Assembly: GCF_006345805.1 (NCBI RefSeq)
Contig: NC_043000.1
Location: 27,466,001 to 27,530,000 of the forward strand
Direction of reading: 5' to 3'
DNA from: Octopus sinensis
Lineage: Eukaryota
DNA length: 64,000 nt
Every line of letters begins with the position of its first letter. Position 1 is the stretch's first letter. Below are positions 56,843 to 64,000 of this stretch, one piece after another. Below the pieces are notes generated by a model. That model searched no databases. It was not told the origin of the DNA and saw nothing but the letters and a program-made list of their open reading frames with translations. The position numbers were made by a program, and so were the translations under genes.

Positions 56843-57115
56843 AAGATCTAGAGAAGGGAAGAGAGAGGAAAAAAATCGCCAAGGGTACACACGAGGTCAC
56901 ATTTAATATCAATATAAATGTAACCGCGTGTGTACCGTTGACGATTTTTTCCCTCTGTCTTCCTTCTCTGGATCTTTCCTTCTCCTATGTTCCGACGAAG
57001 AGCTCCGCTCGAAACGTTAAACCGTCCTTCTTTCCTGAGCGTCCAATGATACTATATTTGTTCCACGTCCTCGCGTTGTTGTGTTTTTTTGTGCTTTCTT
57101 CTTTGGACTAACTTT
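56843..57115 (+). mobile_element. Hammerhead-bearing PLE-derived repeat with a diverged 5' foldback (56843-56905 / 56915-56976)
   Basis: ~62-bp imperfect IR at the 5' end; motif gtt-CCGACGA-a-gagc(tcc)gctc-GAAA-cg-TT-aa at 56989-57022; (TA)n on both sides. Confidence 0.75.
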
Positions 57116-57140
57116 ATATATATTATAATATTATATATAT

Positions 57141-57186
<46 letters not shown>

Positions 57187-57189
57187 ATA

Positions 57190-57222
<33 letters not shown>

Positions 57223-57551
57223 CATACTTACATATACATACACACACACACCACACACACACACAAACATATATATACATATGTATATATACTGATGTTG
57301 CGTTTGTCAAGTTATATAACAAATCGACATCAAACTGAAGTGCTACTCTATAATTTGGGTTGAGTGCATATTTCTTAACATTTACAAAGAAAATTTCGAC
57401 CGTGACTTCGAAGTTTCGGCTTGCTCGCCGTCATATACCTACTTATAGTGGAAATGAACGCGGGACAATACGACCACTTCCTGAACACATTTCACAGAAC
57501 GAACATTTCATGTTTGGACTCCTCATCGCTGGTTATGTCTCCTACATTTCT

Positions 57552-57597
<46 letters not shown>

Positions 57598-57873
57598 TGC
57601 ATATTACGCAGGCACTAACACTTCATTTCAATGTTTCCTTTGTTATTGTAAGGTTGCAAGCCTTTGCACATAGCGATGTATCTGCATCGTAACCATACAA
57701 CAAGAAACCACTTCAACATTCGTCGTTATAGTAATAAAAGCTTTCATGTGTCTCATTCACGATCTTCTCCAAGCTGATAACGGCAATCTCGTAATCTACA
57801 CAGAGAAAGACCTAACAACACATTCCCCACCACCGAATATTGCCCAGCTCCACCGTAGCAGGCCAAGCATCTA

Positions 57874-58050
57874 CATGCTGGGACCTACAATACCGAGCGA
57901 GTCCAATAACCGAGGCAAACCTACTGTTACATAACGTGCACGAGAGATCCAGATGGACTCCTTTCCAGCAGTGTGTGATGATCTTGTACTTTCAGTTGAA
58001 ATGAAAACCGCAGTCATGCTACAAGCAGCGGAAGTAAACCATTGGATTAG
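57874..58050 (-). pseudogene. Possible decayed C2H2 zinc-finger pair
   Basis: YFRCL*HDCGFHFN*KYKIITHCWKGVH-LDLS-CTLCNSRFASVIGLARYCRSQH; no TGEKP linker. Confidence 0.3.
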
Positions 58051-58141
58051 ACAGCAGCAGCATTTCCCACACTGCGTTGCAATGTGCTGGTAAATATGTG
58101 GATGATGTGAATTCTCTAACCGGGGAGGGTATATATATATA

Positions 58142-58243
<102 letters not shown>

Positions 58244-58266
58244 GTGTGCATCTATATGCAGTAATG

Positions 58267-58860
58267 AAGGCGGCGAGCTTGCAGAATCGTTAAGTAGGCC
58301 GGGCGAAATGCTTAGTGGTATTTCGTATGTCGCTACGTTCTGAATTCAAATTCCGCCGAGGTCGACTTTGCCTTTAATCCTTTCTGGGTCGATTAAATAA
58401 GTACCAGTTACGTACTGGGGTCGATGTAATCGACTTAATCCGTGTGTCTGTCCTTGTTTGTCCCCTCTGTGTTAATCCCCTTGTGGGTAGTAAAGAAATA
58501 GGTATTTCTTCTGCCGTTATGTTCTGAGTTCACATTCCGCCGAGGTCGACTTTAGCTTTTATCATTTCGGGGTCGATAAATTAAGTACCATTTACGCACT
58601 GGGGTCGATATAATCGACTTAATCCGTTTGTCTGTCCCTGTTTGTCCTCGCTGTGTTTAGCCCCTTGTGGGCAATAAAGAAATAAGTAGCTTTAGCGCGC
58701 TGGTTGACATGCTTAGCGGTATCTTCCCGCAGTCGACTTTGCATTTCGCGCTTTCGGGGTCGATAAATTAAGTACCAGTTGCGTGCTGGTGTCGATGTAA
58801 TCAACTGGACCACTTATTTCAAAATTTCAGGCCACGTGCCTTTAGTGGAAAGGATTATTT
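58267..58860 (+). mobile_element. SINE family B tandem array (3 units)
   Basis: Full unit 58267-58500, truncated unit from 'ggtatttc' at 58501, and a third degraded unit from ~58685. Confidence 0.88.
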
Positions 58861-61499
58861 GCAGCAATGCTATCGAATGGAATGTATTACAAGGTAAATG
58901 CACACGATACACGTTCTACTTCATATAAAGCATATGAAAATAATTGGTATTAATAACAACTGTCTTACAAAGCAATAGAATAGAAGTCCGATGCAAACAT
59001 CCATAAAAACCCTAAACAATATCACACGTAAAGGGAATTGTTCCCTCAACTTTTATCGGTATAAATCTAAAATTTGAGTATTTACTGCTCCATCTGCGTT
59101 AAACACATCGCTCTCAAACTTGATAACGCTTTTCATGAAATTCGCTGTAGTGCAGGACTACTATCTTTTATCGTATATATTACATTAAGTAACACCATTA
59201 AAATATGCAATATGATATATAAAATTAATTAGATTCAAATCATTCGACCTCTGGTTAAAGTAACAAGGAAATTATTTGACCTTCGTTGTTTAAGAAATAT
59301 GAGACGATGATCACTTTAAACTCTATTGGCAATGCTTTGATTCCTCCTTCGGCTGTTTGCCTTAGGCTAACGAATAGACAGTCATAGGCATATACCTAGA
59401 GGGTATGCAACAATCTGGTTTACTATATCGCAGCTTCGATATAATGCACCATTTTTATTGCCCTACCAAAGAATTGTGGCGGATATAAAGTGTCACTCAT
59501 TACCAACACGTGTTTCTTTGTGTAAAGTTCCTTTTTGTTTTTGAAGCCTATGTACAATGTATCTTGTGAATGTGGAACATTATGTTCTCTATAAAATGAA
59601 TATTGTAACCACTGACACCTATTTTTCTCTTAGATTATAAAATAAGCTGGGGCTTCAGTACTTCCCGACAAAGGTTTTTTTACAAGCTAGAAATGTATGG
59701 CAGTAGGTACATCTTTATCGAATTAATTGCTCCTTAACTTCTCACCCATTCCAGTGTCTCAGGGACACATCACTTGCGAATCATTTTGGATGACATTCAA
59801 AATTCGGTTCGTTTTTGAATCGTGTCTTCTTTACCCGAAAATCAAATCAGACTGAATCCAGTTATAAAATTAGTAAGCTAAGGGACATAATTTAAATAAA
59901 CACATGACAGGAAGTTGGATAGTTATTCAAACAGTAACGTAAGTACAGAATGTGTAATGTAATTAATTGAAATTCCAATTTAAAGATGGAGGAAAGGAAC
60001 AAAAACCAAGCAGCAGATATACGGGGCACAGAAATGTATTTTTATTAATGTCATTGTTTATACAGCTTGGAAGACATTAGAGCTCATGATATTTCCATGG
60101 TTTCCAAGTGTTGTTGGAGAGAGGGATGAAAATACCCTCGTTGGAGAAGCCTGGCTGCAATAGAGTGGACTGAGCTGGAAGCATCCAAGGTCCCAGGGGA
60201 TAGTGTTTCACCGAGGAATGTATTATGTATAAGTTCGAAGAAATTACGAATAGGTTACTAAAAATTAATTTTCATTGTGAAGAAATGGAAAGTATTTTGT
60301 TTGTTAAGGGACAACTATAGACATGTTCCGCTATATTAGATATCATCAGCACAGTTAAATATAGTGTAACCAAGTCATCAACTCAATTTGCATAAATTTT
60401 TAAATATAAAAAATGTTACAATTACTTTTTGCGCAGTAAAAGTTTCATAACTAAGGCTAGATCATTATTTAAAATAAAAACGTTTTAACAGAGTGTAATG
60501 TGAGTAAAAAGGTGTGCCGCTTGGGATAGTTCATTTCCCAAAACATATTCCGCCGTTCCATAATTGTGTTTCCTTCTAAAACAAATTTGCCACATTTACT
60601 TTTACGTGGAAGACCATAATCAAATTTGCAAATTTTGTAACAAAAAAAGAAAATGTTCATCATATTCTGAGTTGTCACTTGAGTATTACTTCATAATTTT
60701 TTTCCGCTAATTCATCGAAAGGTAGTGTCGGAATCATGAATTTACTTTCTGTCTAGCTCTCAAAAATGATTTCATTCTGTTTGCCTAAAAGTAATTTAAT
60801 TTTTTCTTCAATTTTCTCTTCTTGGCAGAATATGTAAAGGTTTTCCCAAAAATACACAAATATATATTTTATCTGCATTGTTATTATTCTGTAGCTCTGC
60901 TGAGCTCAATAAGATAATGAAAAAAAAATATGCCCTCGATTGACGCTTTTAGCTTCTATGTGTTCTGGAATATAATATCAAGAATTCTTATTTTAAGTAA
61001 GATTAACTCATGCTAAAAGGGCATTTTGCTAAGTTGATTACATTATGTGAAATTTTTCTATATCTAATATGGACTATTTACTCTGTCTCTTATATAATCT
61101 GCTCAGAGTTTTTATGCACCCTACCCGAGAATATATCATGTTTTTCATGCACCCTTTAATATTATAATATCAAATTTAACCTACAGAACGGATTTTATTT
61201 TAAAAACCGTGTTCTCGTATATATTTTTATGAGCGAATATATTTGATCTTTCGATTAATTTTCGAAATGGAATTGTGAATCTTTCTCAATATTCGTGTTT
61301 ATTTTTATTTTCAGATTATTGCACCAGGTTTCAGTTCAACGCCGTCATATTCTCAGTCACTCTACCTCTCTCACTCTCACTCTCTCTCTGCCTCTCCGTA
61401 TGAATATATCTATCTATATATCCATATATATGTATATATGTGTGTATGTATGTATTTATATATATATATATATATATGTATTTATGTATATGTAATATG

Positions 61500-61547
<48 letters not shown>

Positions 61548-61773
61548 ACATATATAAGTATATATATTTGTATGTTTATATATACATATATATATATATA
61601 TATTCATATGTATATAAATATAAATATATTTATTTATAATATTATAAATTTATATATTTATATATTTATATAAATATATATTAATTTAACCTTTAAAGGT
61701 ATTTTTGAATATGCTGGCCATTGATAGAATATCCTACATTATATATATATACATATACATACATATATATATT

Positions 61774-61837
<64 letters not shown>

Positions 61838-61845
61838 AAAGAGAG

Positions 61846-62705
61846 ACAAGGTCCGATCAATAAATATCCGGACTGTTACCAAAATAAAGAAACTGATGCA
61901 TGCAGTGTAAATCTGCTTGGTACAGATTGACCTTCAAGTCTGCTGCACATGCACACTATGTTTTAATGTTCTAGCTCCCTTCTGCTCTTTACAGCAGTGC
62001 TTGAAAGGAGCATGGGTAACGTGCGATGGTCGCATTGACCATGGTGATATCTGCTCAGAGGTCTACGCAAAGTTGCAGAAAGTGTATGGAGAGCATTTAA
62101 GACTCGCACACAAGTGTGGGAGTGGTTCACGAGTTTCCAATGTGGCCGGAAAAATGTCGATAATGACGAACGTTCTGGGTGACCCGCAACTAGCAGAACA
62201 GAGATGGTCAATGCAGATGATCGTGTAGCAGTGAGGGGAAATCGTCGATTTACCATCCGTTAGTTATCAGAGGATGATCCGTTTAGTTACGGTTTATTTC
62301 AGTCCATTATCACTGAAGATTTAAGTACGAGACGCGTGTCTACCAAGTGTTTGCCAACACTGCTTTCAGCTGGCCAAAAAGACGCTCGGGTTTCAGTTAC
62401 ACAGAACCTCCTGTCGAGAACGTTGAACACTCTTTGAAAATTTCGCGTAGCCCCTGAACAGGTTTTGCTAACCTTTTGGCAAAATTCGATGCAGATCTAT
62501 GCTCAACTATCTCTGCCTTGGTCAATATACGATCACATGCTACACACGTCCCTTCCAAGCAATTCTGTAAAGAGAAGATGTGACCTAAAATGTTAAAACT
62601 TGATGCGTATGCACAGAAGAGTTCAAGGTTATTCTGTGCCAAGAAGCTTCCCTTTGCGTCCATTAATTTCGTTACTGACCTGACACTTATTGATCACACA
62701 ACTTA
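61846..62705. mobile_element. Mariner relic made of two oppositely oriented 5' ends
   Basis: Plus: acaaggtccgatcaataaatatccggac followed by transposase N-terminus (KLQKVYGE...VWEWF...ERSG...NRRFTIR). Minus from 62705: taagttgtgtgatcaataagtgtcagg...EHRSASNFAKRLAK. Confidence 0.7.
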
Positions 62706-62711
62706 TATATA

Positions 62712-62822
62712 TTAAACCCTCCTTCTTTCCTTCTTTCCTGAACCTCCAATAATATTATATTTGTTCCACGTCCTCGCGTTGTTGTGTTTTTTTGTGCTTT
62801 CATGTTTGGATAACTTTATATA
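62712..62822 (+). repeat. 3' fragment of the 13260-13440 repeat family
   Basis: Shared 'ttccacgtcctcgcgttgttgtgttttttgtgc...tggataactttatata'. Confidence 0.75.
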
Positions 62823-62828
62823 TCTATA

Positions 62829-62871
<43 letters not shown>

Positions 62872-63440
62872 ATATATATAAAAATATATGTGGTGTGTGT
62901 GTTTTTGCTGTGTGTATGTGTGTGTGTGTGTAAATATATATATATCTATATATATTATCGGAAGATAATACACTATCTTGTTACCTGACTGGAAATTTAA
63001 AGCCGTTACTAATTTAGTACCAACTGTTATTATAACTATTGAAATAAACTGTCACTCCTTAATGGGAAACATGATTTCTGGCCCTCAACTCTGGACACAT
63101 CATATATTTGTGTATAGGTACATTTATGTGTATACCATTCGTTTATTCATTCATTAATTTATTTATATGCAAGGACAATACGAACGATTGCAGAAATACA
63201 CCTTACTTAACGCATGAAATATACGTGTATATATATGCATTTACAGATGCGTGTGTATATATGTATGTATATGTATTTTTATCTAGGTATATATATGGAT
63301 TTCTCCTTTTATGTGCGTTTTTAGTTCTAAAGAAATATAACCCTCCCAAACTGAATTATTTTCTTCGATTATACTGTTATTTCTCTTTTCCTTTCTCTTT
63401 CTCTTCCACTTTTTACGCATGCTCTAATAAGAATTTTGTG

Positions 63441-63553
<113 letters not shown>

Positions 63554-63639
63554 TGATTCCGTTATAAGTATATACATGCATGTATTCTTTTATGCGTGTA
63601 TACGTAAGTATGTATGGGTGTGTATGTATATATGTAAAT

Positions 63640-63815
63640 AGATAGATCGTTAGCCACTACTCACATTATCTTCTCTCCTTGTTTCTTCTGCGTCCCTTTC
63701 TGTAGGTTCGAAACGTAAAAGACTTTTTCTATTCCTGAGCGTCATACTAATACATCTGTTTGTTTTGTACACCACCTGTCCTTATCTTTTGTTTTTTTTT
63801 CGTAAACTCTCCCTA
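63640..63815 (+). repeat. PLE-derived repeat, hammerhead core partly deleted
   Basis: 'tagatcgttagccactac...ccctttctgtaggttcgaaacgtaaaagac...ctctccctatata'; related to 32440-32575. Confidence 0.6.
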
Positions 63816-63836
63816 TATATATATATATATATATAT

Positions 63837-64000
63837 ACTAGCAGTATCGCCCGGCATTGCTCGGGTTTGTTTCGACCCGCTGGAATTGGAATTTTTGAAA
63901 AGTAAAAATTTTGCATTATGTAGCTTGTTATTCTCTTCAAGTGAACATTTTTCTGGTTGAAATACACCAAAAAGTGGCGACACAGCAGTGAAAAAATCGT
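63837..64000 (+). mobile_element. Helentron/HINE-like element, 5' part (runs off the window)
   Basis: actagcagtatcgcccggcattgctcggg..., colinear with 17943-18110. Confidence 0.65.

Noticed and set aside
58267-58860. Repeat array superficially like CRISPR
   Set aside because: The units are ~180-230-bp SINE copies without unique spacers; the context is eukaryotic and there are no cas genes.
60060-60240. GC-richer patch after an AG, possible exon
   Set aside because: Stops occur in all plus frames, there is no convincing donor site, and no recognisable peptide on either strand.

Overview
AT-rich, repeat-dominated eukaryotic DNA. I found no intact host protein-coding gene, rRNA, bona fide tRNA or CRISPR array, and almost all ORFs in the supplied track are read-throughs of microsatellites. 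The SINE families and extreme (TA)n/(CA)n/(GATA)n/(AAT)n density look like octopus/cephalopod genomic DNA (inferred from recalled repeat families, not from a search). Contents: many tRNA-headed SINEs (at least 3-4 families, some with clear TSDs), decayed RTE and CR1/L2-group LINE fragments, four Tc1/mariner relics, two Helentron/HINE-like elements, and numerous Penelope-like element (PLE) remnants (one RT fragment, two different GIY-YIG C-termini, several minimal hammerhead-like motifs). The most notable signal is a recurring architecture seen about six times. A 5'-truncated, mostly (TA)n-flanked repeat, usually PLE-like or hammerhead-bearing, is folded back at its truncation point into a head-to-head inverted duplication. 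Arms are 28-600 bp and loops are 7-12 nt in four cases. Junction microhomologies suggest snap-back self-priming. Some young, near-perfect palindromes could be assembly artefacts, but a diverged example argues the process is biological.
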